Sequence record: MH791414.1
DNA length: 64,000 nt
Direction: 5' to 3' (one strand)
Under the pieces are notes generated by a model. It worked only from the letters and a program-made list of their open reading frames with translations, searched no databases and was not told where the DNA came from. A program made the position numbers and the translations under genes. Positions 8,541 to 18,362 of this stretch are shown in pieces (the stretch's first letter is position 1; each line of letters opens with the position of its first letter).

Positions 8541-8571
8541 GTGGGTATTATATCATTTTTACAATACCCAC
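8541..8571 (-). promoter_or_regulatory. extended -10 promoter for uvsX inside a 9-bp inverted repeat
   Basis: gtgggtatt N13 aatacccac, with TGATATAAT (minus) at 8547..8555. Confidence 0.55.
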
Positions 8572-8582
8572 TTAATTTTGAA

Positions 8583-9755
8583 TTAGAAGTCGAACAAGTC
8601 TTCAAGAGAAGTAGTTTTTTCTTGAGTCCAACAAACAGCGTCACAAATAGCCTGTAACGGTTTTTGGAAGTGCTTGCAATACATCCCTACGAAATCAATA
8701 TCCTTTTCTGGAATTATCCCAAAATCTTCAGGAATTTTATCACCAGAAGGCCACGCGATTGTTTCGATGTGGAATTTATTAGGAACCTTCAACATCGCAT
8801 ACTGGATTTTTTCACCAGAACGGATCGGGTCCACATAACTTCCTTTTTCTGTCAGGTCATGGCAAATCTTGTTGTAGTTGATCGCAGCTCTAACGTGACC
8901 GGGACAACCACTAACAGGAGTAAAGTTTTCATGATTCTTTTCGATGTTATTGGCACTACTTACTTGTGCAATACGTCTATAATCCTGCTTACTGTACTCG
9001 TCACGGACTTTCTCAACATGGTTGTGTAGGTCGGTCTCGGTCTGTGTCAGGATGATGTCTATGGCGGTTTCAAGCTGTTCTGACGCGAATGGTGGTGTGC
9101 TACTACGTCTAGTTTCGATACCCATGATCTTGAGCTTAGGAACCACATTACCATGTTCGTCAATTTTTCTCTTACCTTCGTTATCCCAAACAGAAAGAGC
9201 ATATCGCTTTTTCTTAGTCCAGAATCCACGAGTTGCGATTACTTCTCGGTCCATAAACAGTTTATGATCGAAATAGTTCATATAGTCTTTCAATTCTCTA
9301 TATGACGCATCAATATAAGGTTCTACTTTTTCTTTTGCGAAACGATCTAGCAAATCAACCCATTCAATAACTGGAACATCACCGATTTCAACCCCACGCT
9401 TTTTAGCTAGAAGTTTTACAATCCCATCGGCTCGAACATATTGTGAGTCAGTATCACAATATACAACATAATCGATTCCACTTGTCCCACACAACTTATT
9501 GAAATACTCATTGGTCTTTCTGGAAATCCATTTAATTGCAAGTTGTCCACCCATGGTAATAGATTCCGCCATTCTGAGGTCATAATATCTACCTACCGGG
9601 TGACCCAAAGAACCATAAAGTGAGTTAATCAATACCTTTTTTGCTTGTTGGGTGACGTTACACACCTTTTCGTATTTTCTACAATCTGAAATGAGCTGCT
9701 TTAGCTCATCATCAGACATATTATGAAGTTGTTCATCAGTATAATCTAGATTCAT
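8583..9755 (-). CDS. 43B: DNA polymerase B, C-terminal subunit gp43B
   Basis: KVLINSLYG, YCDTDS and KKRYAL motifs; PIP-like C-terminus SLEDLFDF. Confidence 0.95.
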   Translation of the reverse strand: MNLDYTDEQLHNMSDDELKQLISDCRKYEKVCNVTQQAKKVLINSLYGSLGHPVGRYYDLRMAESITMGGQLAIKWISRKTNEYFNKLCGTSGIDYVVYCDTDSQYVRADGIVKLLAKKRGVEIGDVPVIEWVDLLDRFAKEKVEPYIDASYRELKDYMNYFDHKLFMDREVIATRGFWTKKKRYALSVWDNEGKRKIDEHGNVVPKLKIMGIETRRSSTPPFASEQLETAIDIILTQTETDLHNHVEKVRDEYSKQDYRRIAQVSSANNIEKNHENFTPVSGCPGHVRAAINYNKICHDLTEKGSYVDPIRSGEKIQYAMLKVPNKFHIETIAWPSGDKIPEDFGIIPEKDIDFVGMYCKHFQKPLQAICDAVCWTQEKTTSLEDLFDF

Positions 9756-9919
9756 CGACGCGCACTCACTTCTATATCGTTAATAATAAAATCCATACTA
9801 TTACAATCCATATCATAATAAGGATTTGAACCATTCTCGATAATGGTATTTTTTCTGTGATTTAGAAAATCTTTCATCCGTTGGATTGTTGCTTGGCTAA
9901 CAGGCTGAAATAAAAACAT
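9752..9919 (-). CDS. small ORF between 43A and 43B (55 aa from in-frame ATG; possibly 63 aa through a -1 shift from ATG 9942)
   Basis: stop overlaps the gp43B start (ATGA); SD-positioned ATG at 9942 is out of frame by one base. Confidence 0.55.
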   Translation of the reverse strand: MFLFQPVSQATIQRMKDFLNHRKNTIIENGSNPYYDMDCNSMDFIINDIEVSARR

Positions 9920-9947
9920 CGCTTTGAATTCTTCTAAATCATATTTT

Positions 9948-11465
9948 TTATCCGTGTCGTTCTGCAAGGATACGTGCGGCTCGTGTAGCAAGTGCATCAG
10001 CTTTAAACTCCTCTTTTTTGGCATCTTTACGTTGCAAGAATACTTTTTCTACTTCAATCGGAAGAAAACCGCGCTTCGCGTTGTCGTATCGAACACCGTT
10101 TGCTGCAACAGAATATTTTCCTTCGTGTGGTACTTCATATTGTTTGGTAACTAAACCCATACCCTCAATATCTGGAACCATACGGTCTTTAACTAGAATT
10201 TTTGGGAAATCTAATTGGTCAACCAAAGTCTCAGGAGAAATATTCTCAGACATGATGATGTGTGGATACAGAGAAGTTAAGTCAAAAGACAACAACCACT
10301 CATACAAGCCGGGTTTTGGTTCTTTAACAAACGCACCCGCAAACTTAGACCGTTGGGCATGTTTGTTTTCTGGAATAATTACGTGTTCTGCCAACAGGCT
10401 ATTATAAATAATAGCGTCCCATGTTTTTAGTGGGCTGAATACGTCAGGTGCGTTTATTCCCGCATAATACGAAACTGATGCAATCAGGAAGATCAAACTT
10501 AGCCGTTCTTCCAACTTCTTGATAATTTCAACGTCTCGGATCGCATAGTCAATATAAGTTTGTGGGTCTTTCGTGGCAAACATCAAATATGTTTTATATG
10601 GCATTTCCACTTTATTAATACCCAGCTCACATTCCGCGATTGTATCCAACTTATAGTTTGGTCTGGTTGTGAATGTAAATTTCTTATATGCAGCCATGAA
10701 ATCAACACAGTTAACACCCTGAATGACATAAGTAACCACATCATCATCGTTGTCGTCTTTTGATATAACCTGTGTGGTCTCTCCAAACGGTGAAAGTTTA
10801 TGGATAAATCTCTCACCAAGCACCTTTTTAATACGACCAATCACATAAGGAATATCAAAGAATTCACTATTCCAACCGCTTAGATAATGCGGTGTGTTGG
10901 TAACAAAAAATTGCAAGAACTTAACCAAAACGTCTTTTTCGGATTCACACTTGATATATTCAACGTCATGTAGAACTTTACCATCAATGATTGATTTTTC
11001 TACATCCCATTCGCGAGTTGTCCAGATATAGTATTTCTTTTTCTTTGTACTATAGATCTGAATTGTATCAATTTCATATTCATGTTCTATTGCATGTGGG
11101 AAAGGTCCATCGGTTGGGACCTCGATATCCAAAAACATGATATCAAGCATAGTGTAATCATAAACAGAATTAGCCCCATAAGTATCAGAAATATACTGGA
11201 ATGTATAATTGTCCATTCCCAATACTTCTTTACCCATAGACTGCATCTCTTTAAACCATTTTCTAGCTTCTCCAATAGAATCTAGTGATTTGGGAAGACA
11301 CCGACGACCATAGATGTCTCGATATGGAGTTTCAATGTGATCACCAACGTGGCGATATAGGGTTGGAGCGAACCTAACTTTACGAATCTGGTCTTGTCCA
11401 GCATCGTTAAAATATCGGTCATAGATGGTGTTTCCATCCATCCAAACGCTTGTATAAAAATTCAT
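9948..11465 (-). CDS. 43A: DNA polymerase B, N-terminal subunit gp43A
   Basis: ExoI FLDIE, GWNSEFFDIPY, YAIRD and SFDLTSLYP motifs; ends in the fingers helix; CAGGAG SD before ATG 11465. Confidence 0.95.
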   Translation of the reverse strand: MNFYTSVWMDGNTIYDRYFNDAGQDQIRKVRFAPTLYRHVGDHIETPYRDIYGRRCLPKSLDSIGEARKWFKEMQSMGKEVLGMDNYTFQYISDTYGANSVYDYTMLDIMFLDIEVPTDGPFPHAIEHEYEIDTIQIYSTKKKKYYIWTTREWDVEKSIIDGKVLHDVEYIKCESEKDVLVKFLQFFVTNTPHYLSGWNSEFFDIPYVIGRIKKVLGERFIHKLSPFGETTQVISKDDNDDDVVTYVIQGVNCVDFMAAYKKFTFTTRPNYKLDTIAECELGINKVEMPYKTYLMFATKDPQTYIDYAIRDVEIIKKLEERLSLIFLIASVSYYAGINAPDVFSPLKTWDAIIYNSLLAEHVIIPENKHAQRSKFAGAFVKEPKPGLYEWLLSFDLTSLYPHIIMSENISPETLVDQLDFPKILVKDRMVPDIEGMGLVTKQYEVPHEGKYSVAANGVRYDNAKRGFLPIEVEKVFLQRKDAKKEEFKADALATRAARILAERHG

Positions 11466-11483
11466 CTTATCTCCTGATAAAAA

Positions 11484-11506
11484 TTGAGGATCCGATGGAT
11501 CCTCAA
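11484..11506 (-). promoter_or_regulatory. hairpin just upstream of the 43A SD (terminator or translational-operator candidate)
   Basis: ttgaggatcc-gat-ggatcctcaa; same position as the T4 gene 43 autogenous operator. Confidence 0.5.
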
Positions 11507-11533
11507 AAAATGATAACACGTCTAACCAATCTA

Positions 11534-11899
11534 CTAGATATTTTTATTGAAGATGTATTTACTCTTCAATGTCCAATATTGACGGTCTTTGTGTGGAATG
11601 ACATGGAACTCATAACGCTTCGGCGGTTCGATCAAGTCTATAACAGTACACAGACCCCATGACTCAAGAAGGGAAACGATGTCATCTCTACGGTCTATGT
11701 CTTCTTGTGAAATAACTACGTCTCTACCATCCCGGCGTAACAGTTCTTTGAAGTGGGCAATATAATAAAAGCCATTTTTCTGAATGATGTGGCAACTCTG
11801 CCACATATGTTTCGTTTCTCGATTTGCGATACCAATCCGGGTCAAAGTTTCACGGATCATCAAAAAGTCTTCAGTTTCTTCAATACCAATTCTAATCAT
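11534..11899 (-). CDS. regA: translational repressor RegA
   Basis: FLMIRETLTRIGIAN...QSCHII...YYIAHFKEL. Confidence 0.96.
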   Translation of the reverse strand: MIRIGIEETEDFLMIRETLTRIGIANRETKHMWQSCHIIQKNGFYYIAHFKELLRRDGRDVVISQEDIDRRDDIVSLLESWGLCTVIDLIEPPKRYEFHVIPHKDRQYWTLKSKYIFNKNI

Positions 11900-11905
11900 A
11901 TAATT

Positions 11906-12490
11906 TTACCATTTAGATGCGACTTTGTAAAGCCGTGCTTTTTCTGATTTATTAGGAAGGAAGCTAAGAAATTCACAGTCTGGTGAATTTATCATACACT
12001 TCATTTCTTTTTTAACTTGGTTAAGTTCTTTTTCGTCATGCAGCTCTATAAATTCAGAGGCTTTCTTGTCGGATACGTTATAATGGCGAGCCAATACTTT
12101 TACAATCAATTGATGGTCGTAATCACATTCCTGATTAATAGGCTTAACGAAAGGTAATTTGCATTTTGTAATTGTATGATACAAATAATCATAATGCATT
12201 TGATCGGTTATATTACCAGCCCACATATTCAACTCAGAAGCGTATCCATTCATAGTTGGGTGATATGACAAAGCCCTATTAATGCTATATTGGTCGTAAC
12301 TGGAAAATTCAAGGACGTTTTTATATCCAGTTTTCTCAGTTACATTTTTGATTATTTTATATAGGGCTTTTTCTTCGTCTTCCTTGAATTCTTTGCTAAG
12401 TTCTTTAACGCGAGCCCAATCTTTTGCATCCCAAGCTAGACGATGTTCATTTGGGGTTTCTAAACCTAGAAATTCAAGACTCATTTCCAA
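11906..12490 (-). CDS. 62: clamp loader small subunit gp62
   Basis: synteny; INRALS...ELN...DQMHYDYL pattern. Confidence 0.88.
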   Translation of the reverse strand: MEMSLEFLGLETPNEHRLAWDAKDWARVKELSKEFKEDEEKALYKIIKNVTEKTGYKNVLEFSSYDQYSINRALSYHPTMNGYASELNMWAGNITDQMHYDYLYHTITKCKLPFVKPINQECDYDHQLIVKVLARHYNVSDKKASEFIELHDEKELNQVKKEMKCMINSPDCEFLSFLPNKSEKARLYKVASKW

Positions 12491-13461
12491 TTAACCTCAC
12501 ATGCCAGATCAGAAAGCATATCCATCATATGGATTTCCAAATTCGGGACCTCATTAACATATTTCTGGTTTTCTGCAAGGATCTTGATCATCATTCGATA
12601 AGATTGACCGTGTACAAGGGGCTGTGCCCGTTCATAAAACGCATTAATAAAGGATGAATAATCAGAACATAGATTCGGGACCATCATACGAATTTCAACC
12701 AGTTTCTTGGCTTTGATAAGCTCGAATAAGTGTTCCATTTCACGAGTGGACCGCATAGAGGAAGATAGAACACCCTCATCGATATAGCCACACGAGCCAT
12801 ATTTGTCCATCTCAGTGATCACACTGCGAATATTCGGGAAGTTCTTTTTAACAAGGGTAGCAATCGCTCGCTTGTCTTTAACTTCAATACCTTCAGCCTC
12901 ACAAATCGCCAAACAACGAACGATAGCTTCTTTCATCATCCGAGCTTCGTCGGCTTTAGCCAACTCCGGTGTATCTTCTACAATTACCCCAAATTCAAAT
13001 ACCCGGAAACGAGATTTAACAGCGGAAGGAATAACTTCGGCGTTGTTACAAGTCATAATGATAGAACAGTTATCACCGTATGCTTCCATCCAACTACGCA
13101 ACTCTTCATGAACAGCTCGCATATTTTGGTTATCACCTTCGTCAATAATAATAACCTTACCACCTTTTTTACGAGTCGCAGTATTCGCAAAATCGGTCAT
13201 GCTGGTTCTTAGGTCATTAATACGAAGTTGTCCACCAGTAATAAACATCATTTCCGCATCTACATCATTAGCTAGAGCCATAGCGGTTGTTGTTTTGCCT
13301 GTACCCGGAGACTTTGAACAAAGCAACATGTGGGGGATCTTGCCTTTTTTGATGATCCCGTTAAATCGTTCGATATCATGGCGAGGGAGGATACATTCTG
13401 AAATGGATTGTGGACGGTATTTCATTTCAATCATGTGGTGGGTATTATCAATAGACAACAT
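12481..13461 (-). CDS. 44: clamp loader AAA+ subunit gp44
   Basis: KYRPQSISECILP, SPGTGKTT, IIDEGD and SRF motifs. Confidence 0.96.
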   Translation of the reverse strand: MLSIDNTHHMIEMKYRPQSISECILPRHDIERFNGIIKKGKIPHMLLCSKSPGTGKTTTAMALANDVDAEMMFITGGQLRINDLRTSMTDFANTATRKKGGKVIIIDEGDNQNMRAVHEELRSWMEAYGDNCSIIMTCNNAEVIPSAVKSRFRVFEFGVIVEDTPELAKADEARMMKEAIVRCLAICEAEGIEVKDKRAIATLVKKNFPNIRSVITEMDKYGSCGYIDEGVLSSSMRSTREMEHLFELIKAKKLVEIRMMVPNLCSDYSSFINAFYERAQPLVHGQSYRMMIKILAENQKYVNEVPNLEIHMMDMLSDLACEVNWK

Positions 13462-13488
13462 ATTTTATATTCCTCAAAAATTCTTTTA

Positions 13489-13800
13489 TTATTTCATGTT
13501 AGAAAAATATTCATCTCTATTGTCTATTATATCTTGTGATAACGGACAATTTGAATATTCTTCGTCAAAATCTACATAACCAGACCATTTTCCGTTTATG
13601 TATAAACAGTATTCCACAACCGGAGCACACCATGTTATATCAATAAGAGATTCATCAACATCAATTCTATTTGATATCAATTTCCTCACCCTATCGATAT
13701 TATGTTTTGGTTCTGGTCCTGCATAATCCCAATGATAATCATCACAATCCCCATTACTTTCGTAATGGGAATCGATTTCTTCCAAAGTTAATTTAGACAT
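13489..13800 (-). CDS. hypothetical acidic protein inserted between 45 and 44
   Basis: TAATG overlap with the gp45 stop; 103 aa from MSKLTLEE. Confidence 0.7.
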   Translation of the reverse strand: MSKLTLEEIDSHYESNGDCDDYHWDYAGPEPKHNIDRVRKLISNRIDVDESLIDITWCAPVVEYCLYINGKWSGYVDFDEEYSNCPLSQDIIDNRDEYFSNMK

Positions 13801-14492
13801 TAGGAAATGGTAGATGCTTTGTTCATAGAAATCACATAAGTGACTTTTGGACACTTGAATTGTGCAGCACCTTGAATACAAGACACTTCAGTATCACCAT
13901 CAAGATATGCCAAGTGTTTCATATCAAAACGCATATCAAAATCACCAGAATATTGAGTATCACCGATCACAATATCAAACTGATTGCTCTCTTGGTCAGA
14001 TACACCACCGGATTTATCAACGTAGAACAAACGAGCGACGATCTTACCGTCTTCTTTGATGAACTTGAGCATATTCAGCTTAAGCGTCGAACTCATTGCC
14101 TGAAGGCGGGATACGTCGTCTGAGTTCAGATTAAAAGATACTTTCGCCGGAGGAAATACGATTGGCTTTTTCGGATATACAATCTTGCTTTCCGGGCTCA
14201 TGATCAGAGTTGCTTTAGCACCAGACTCATGTTTAAGATTCAGTTTCAGATCTTCATCACCTTCTGCAACGGACATTTCGACTTCACCTTTGAAGTTGTT
14301 CAAAACCCCTAGCATTTGATCCATAGCATACAGACAAATTTTTTCTTCAAATACATCTTCAACAATTGCCTCTGCATAGATATTACCGTCAGCAGTTCGG
14401 GTATTGATATAATTACCCGGCATGATTCGAATGGATGGGTTAATAGAAGAGAACAACTTCAGGATATCGATAGTGGACTTATTAATTTTCAT
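13800..14492 (-). CDS. 45: sliding clamp gp45
   Basis: MKINKSTIDILKLFSSINPSI N-terminus; 230 aa; synteny. Confidence 0.93.
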   Translation of the reverse strand: MKINKSTIDILKLFSSINPSIRIMPGNYINTRTADGNIYAEAIVEDVFEEKICLYAMDQMLGVLNNFKGEVEMSVAEGDEDLKLNLKHESGAKATLIMSPESKIVYPKKPIVFPPAKVSFNLNSDDVSRLQAMSSTLKLNMLKFIKEDGKIVARLFYVDKSGGVSDQESNQFDIVIGDTQYSGDFDMRFDMKHLAYLDGDTEVSCIQGAAQFKCPKVTYVISMNKASTIS

Positions 14493-14516
14493 TTACAACA
14501 TTACCTTTTAGTCAGA

Positions 14517-14708
14517 TTAGAATTTTTGAAATGCTTCCCAATACTCATGGGTTCCATTTAGTATTTTTGACAACTCCAGCGGTTCGAAACGGTCTTGTAA
14601 TACTTCCATAGTTACAACCATTTCAATGGGGTTATCGGATACTTTATTTGTTAGGACCCAGAGGTTTTGAGCCTCTGGGTAAACTTCGTGTAGATTATCA
14701 AACATCAA
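14517..14708 (-). CDS. 45.2: gp45.2-like protein
   Basis: 63 aa directly after 46; EVLQDRFEPLELSKIL..THEYW pattern. Confidence 0.7.
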   Translation of the reverse strand: MMFDNLHEVYPEAQNLWVLTNKVSDNPIEMVVTMEVLQDRFEPLELSKILNGTHEYWEAFQKF

Positions 14709-17047
14709 TCTCTTTCCATTACTGTGAAACGACCTTTCTTAGTCATTTTAATATGACTTGTGAAGCTATCGTCCCTATTTTCGACTCGGTGAGAAATGAT
14801 GAAGGTATTACCACCAATTTCAGCAAGAAGTCTATTCACAGCATATACACCCTCAGAATCCATACCACCATCGAAAATCTCATCGAGAATTAACATGGAA
14901 ATCTTAGTACCGGAAACTATAGATGCGATATAACGCCATGTGAAAAGAAGTGCAATATTAATTCGTGCCTTTTCACCTTGAGAGAAGGACATATAACTAA
15001 ATTCTTCTCTACCCCTTGATTTAATGGATTCTTCAAACGAATCATCGAGAGAGAATACATAATCCGCACCAGTAATAGAGAGATATTCATTAATTTTCTT
15101 GTTGAAAAGTGGAATATATTTCTTAACGATATTGGCTTTAATACCGTCGTCCTTCAACATATCTTTAATTATACCACGGCAATACTTTTCGTTGAACAAT
15201 TCTTCTCGATCTTTGCCTTTAGAAATAAGCAACTCCGAAACCTCGGTCAGTCTTTCCGAGACAAATTGCTTCTCTTTAAGCTTGTCAACTTCGAGCTTCA
15301 TAGATTTCGCAATTTCTGCGTTATCTTTTGCACTATTTTCAAGATTTTGTATTGTCTGTTCCAGATTATACTTGGTTTTATTGAAAGAATCAACTAATTC
15401 TACATATTCTTTCTTTGCAACTTCGATTTCCTTATCTAGATCTAACTCAATACGGTCTAGTTTCATTTGGCTATCATTAAGATCCCGCTCCTTGCTAAGA
15501 AGTGAACTAGCCTTTTCGGTTTCCAAAGAAATAACCTTGCGTTGGGTTTCCCCTGAAATAGATTCCAAGCGGGTTTTCGCTTGTGTAATTTTGGTTTGAA
15601 GCTCGATAGTCTCTTGGGATGCTTTCATATTAGCATCAGAGATTTCATCCAATTTAGACTTTTCAAATTGAGATTTCTTCTCGTTATATTCTTTTTCCAA
15701 ACTCTGATACAACTCAACAGACTTCTTCGCTTCTGTGAATTTATCATCTCGGGTTTTTTCCAGATCGATTTTCTTAGACTCATATTCAGCCAGCTGTTTT
15801 TTCGCCGCTTCTAATTGAGACTTAGTTTCTTCGATGTGTGGGTGACCCTCTGATACATTCGCCTGACATGTAGGACAAACACCATCAGCAAAATTGGAAA
15901 GAATTGAAGTCTTCTCACGGATGATGTATTTTTTCTCTGCTATATCACCATCTAATTTTGAAATTTGTTGGTTGATCTCGGTTGGGTCAAAGTGAATCCG
16001 ATTATCTTCTGGTGGAAGTTCTTCAAACACACGACTTTCGATTTTAGAGATCAATTCATCAAGTTCTGATTTTACGTTCTGGTACTTGGATTCGAGATCT
16101 TTAATTTCTGAAATATACGAAGATTCGTCAACTACCTCATTTTTAGCAGCATCAATCCGTTGGTCGAAATCTTTATTGATTTCTTCTATTTCACTAGACA
16201 GTCTAATAATACGGGCTTGTAGATCAATTTTACCCACGGAGTATTTTTGTTGAATATTACTAACAATAGATTCAACAACACTCTCATCTGGTTTATTTTT
16301 CAGATGAGTTTCCAGTTCGGTTTGTTTTGATTCGATTTCATCCTTATAACCTTTTACTTTAGCTACGATATTTCGGATCTGGTTACTTTGGGATTCAATC
16401 ATTTCGTCATTCTGACGCTTTTGGTCTTCGAGGGAACGTAGAATCGTGTTTCTTTCGTTCTCAATACCATTAACCTCAACATCCAGAAGGTCCATCTTGG
16501 TGTTAAGCTGCTTCAGAGCCGCTTGGTTGAGTTTGTTCATATCACCCAATACAGACAGTTGAAGAAGGTCTTCAACCATTGTACGACGGCTTTCAGGCTT
16601 CAATTCCATGAAGGGGGTATACCCAGCAGTACCAAGAACGATAAGTTGCTTAAACGACTCATGAGATACGTTTAGTACGTCTTCTTCTAGGATACGTTGA
16701 TATTCGGTGGCAGAAGCGGCTTCGGCAATTGGTTCACCGTCAACGGTAACCTTAAAGATGTTAGGTTTGATTCCTCGTTCGATATGAACGACTCGACCAT
16801 CAATCGTAACCTCACCTTGTACATGAAGGGCTTTCTTGTTAATGGTATTAACAAGCTGTTCCTTTTTCAATTTCCGATAGGGTTTACCATAAAGGAGAAA
16901 TGAAATAGCTTCAATCATAGTGGATTTACCGGCTCCATTACTCCCAGTGATAAGAGTCTTTGTGCTTTCATCCAACTGTACGCGAATTGGTGCAGCACCA
17001 ACAGACAGGATATTTTTGTATTCGATCCAATTAAATATAATATTCAT
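14705..17047 (-). CDS. 46: SMC/Rad50-like recombination ATPase gp46 with extended coiled coil
   Basis: GSNGAGKST, zinc-hook CPTC, FSQGE and ILDEIFD motifs. Confidence 0.96.
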   Translation of the reverse strand: MNIIFNWIEYKNILSVGAAPIRVQLDESTKTLITGSNGAGKSTMIEAISFLLYGKPYRKLKKEQLVNTINKKALHVQGEVTIDGRVVHIERGIKPNIFKVTVDGEPIAEAASATEYQRILEEDVLNVSHESFKQLIVLGTAGYTPFMELKPESRRTMVEDLLQLSVLGDMNKLNQAALKQLNTKMDLLDVEVNGIENERNTILRSLEDQKRQNDEMIESQSNQIRNIVAKVKGYKDEIESKQTELETHLKNKPDESVVESIVSNIQQKYSVGKIDLQARIIRLSSEIEEINKDFDQRIDAAKNEVVDESSYISEIKDLESKYQNVKSELDELISKIESRVFEELPPEDNRIHFDPTEINQQISKLDGDIAEKKYIIREKTSILSNFADGVCPTCQANVSEGHPHIEETKSQLEAAKKQLAEYESKKIDLEKTRDDKFTEAKKSVELYQSLEKEYNEKKSQFEKSKLDEISDANMKASQETIELQTKITQAKTRLESISGETQRKVISLETEKASSLLSKERDLNDSQMKLDRIELDLDKEIEVAKKEYVELVDSFNKTKYNLEQTIQNLENSAKDNAEIAKSMKLEVDKLKEKQFVSERLTEVSELLISKGKDREELFNEKYCRGIIKDMLKDDGIKANIVKKYIPLFNKKINEYLSITGADYVFSLDDSFEESIKSRGREEFSYMSFSQGEKARINIALLFTWRYIASIVSGTKISMLILDEIFDGGMDSEGVYAVNRLLAEIGGNTFIISHRVENRDDSFTSHIKMTKKGRFTVMERD

Positions 17048-17322
17048 TATTTTGTCATCTCTTCTAATTCATCACTCATATTAACAATAGAATCAACCAC
17101 GTATTTATAAAATACAGAATCATTCAGATCAGGATACATTACCAATGGAAATTCTTTGTTTATTTTATATCCACGACGATTTACCTCACAAAAAACACAA
17201 ACGCGAATTGTGTATGGGGATTTGTCAATGTCTTTAATTTTTAATGTGTAATCATGATAAAAAGGAATTTTATTATCTACCATTTTACACAACTTCACAA
17301 AATCAATATCTTCGATCTTCAT
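17047..17322 (-). CDS. hypothetical protein between 47 and 46
   Basis: overlapping start/stop at both ends. Confidence 0.7.
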   Translation of the reverse strand: MKIEDIDFVKLCKMVDNKIPFYHDYTLKIKDIDKSPYTIRVCVFCEVNRRGYKINKEFPLVMYPDLNDSVFYKYVVDSIVNMSDELEEMTK

Positions 17323-18347
17323 TAGCTTGCTTCCGTATAAAGAGAACTGGCAAGTTTTTGTGTCAATAATTTGTGTTCTTCGTCTAGGTCCATCTCTTCG
17401 ATTGCTTCTCGGAAAAGTTGAAATACTTTTTTGACTTCGATTTCATCTCCTTCGTCGTCAGTTCCACCGACCTTAAAATCTTCAAGATTCTTTTGGGTTA
17501 TGCGCTCACAAACCTTTTCCATCTCAGTCAGAAATTTATTGAGGTCTTTATCTTCTTTCTCAATAATCAACTGAACACATTTATTCTCAAATTTCGGAAC
17601 ATCCGTGAGATCTAAGTCGGAGTAATTTCCTTTAACATGCCACATATTTTTATTTGGGATAAATTCAACTTCTTCTGTGTCCGTATCAAACACATAGAAT
17701 CCACGAATATCGTTACAATCGTTCATTGTAAGGGTGTATGGGCTACCCAAATATTGAACATTACCTTTCTTACTAGCGGTATGATAATGACCAGAAAAAG
17801 CGATTTTATAACCACTCAAAAAATCTTTATCTTCCCCACCCATAGACGGAATACCAGAATAAAAATCAAATCCCATCAGCTCCCAATGACCAATAGAATA
17901 TTCCGAATTACTTTCAGAGATAAACTTTCGGATCTGATCTTTATTCGATTTACATTCCCAAGGGATGATATCGAATAAAATAGAACCTAACGAAATAGTG
18001 GTTGGTTCATTATAAACCTTAAATAAAGGATCACTGAAAAAATTCTCATGAACTGAGTTTGGCATCACTTGGTTTTTAAAATGCATATCGTGATTACCAA
18101 CAAGAACATGGATCTTATCGAACACGGTTTCTAGATTTGGACGAACACTTTCCCGCATAAATCTAAGGGTTTCTTGTGTTACACCGGCTCGAACATCAAA
18201 CCAGTCCCCAGACTGGATCATGACACTAATCCTATTTTTATCAGCATATTCGCACATCTGATTGATGAAATCAAGCTGAATATTCTGAACGTATTGACTA
18301 TCTTTTCCCTCTCCTAAATGGAGATCACCACACATAATAAATTTCAT
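17322..18347 (-). CDS. 47: Mre11/SbcD-like nuclease gp47
   Basis: GDLH, GDWFD, GNHD and SGHYH metallophosphoesterase motifs. Confidence 0.96.
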   Translation of the reverse strand: MKFIMCGDLHLGEGKDSQYVQNIQLDFINQMCEYADKNRISVMIQSGDWFDVRAGVTQETLRFMRESVRPNLETVFDKIHVLVGNHDMHFKNQVMPNSVHENFFSDPLFKVYNEPTTISLGSILFDIIPWECKSNKDQIRKFISESNSEYSIGHWELMGFDFYSGIPSMGGEDKDFLSGYKIAFSGHYHTASKKGNVQYLGSPYTLTMNDCNDIRGFYVFDTDTEEVEFIPNKNMWHVKGNYSDLDLTDVPKFENKCVQLIIEKEDKDLNKFLTEMEKVCERITQKNLEDFKVGGTDDEGDEIEVKKVFQLFREAIEEMDLDEEHKLLTQKLASSLYTEAS

Positions 18348-18362
18348 ATTTTACCTATATTA

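Noticed and set aside
9756-11465. Split-intein or group I intron explanation for the gp43 break
   Set aside because: No Cys/Ser-start IntN after 43A, no His-Asn-Cys IntC before 43B, and the roughly 190-nt gap is too short and lacks intron core elements
17102-17109. Canonical TATAAATA upstream of gene 46
   Set aside because: An isolated match inside a coding region of an AT-rich genome whose late genes use CTAAATA; may be chance
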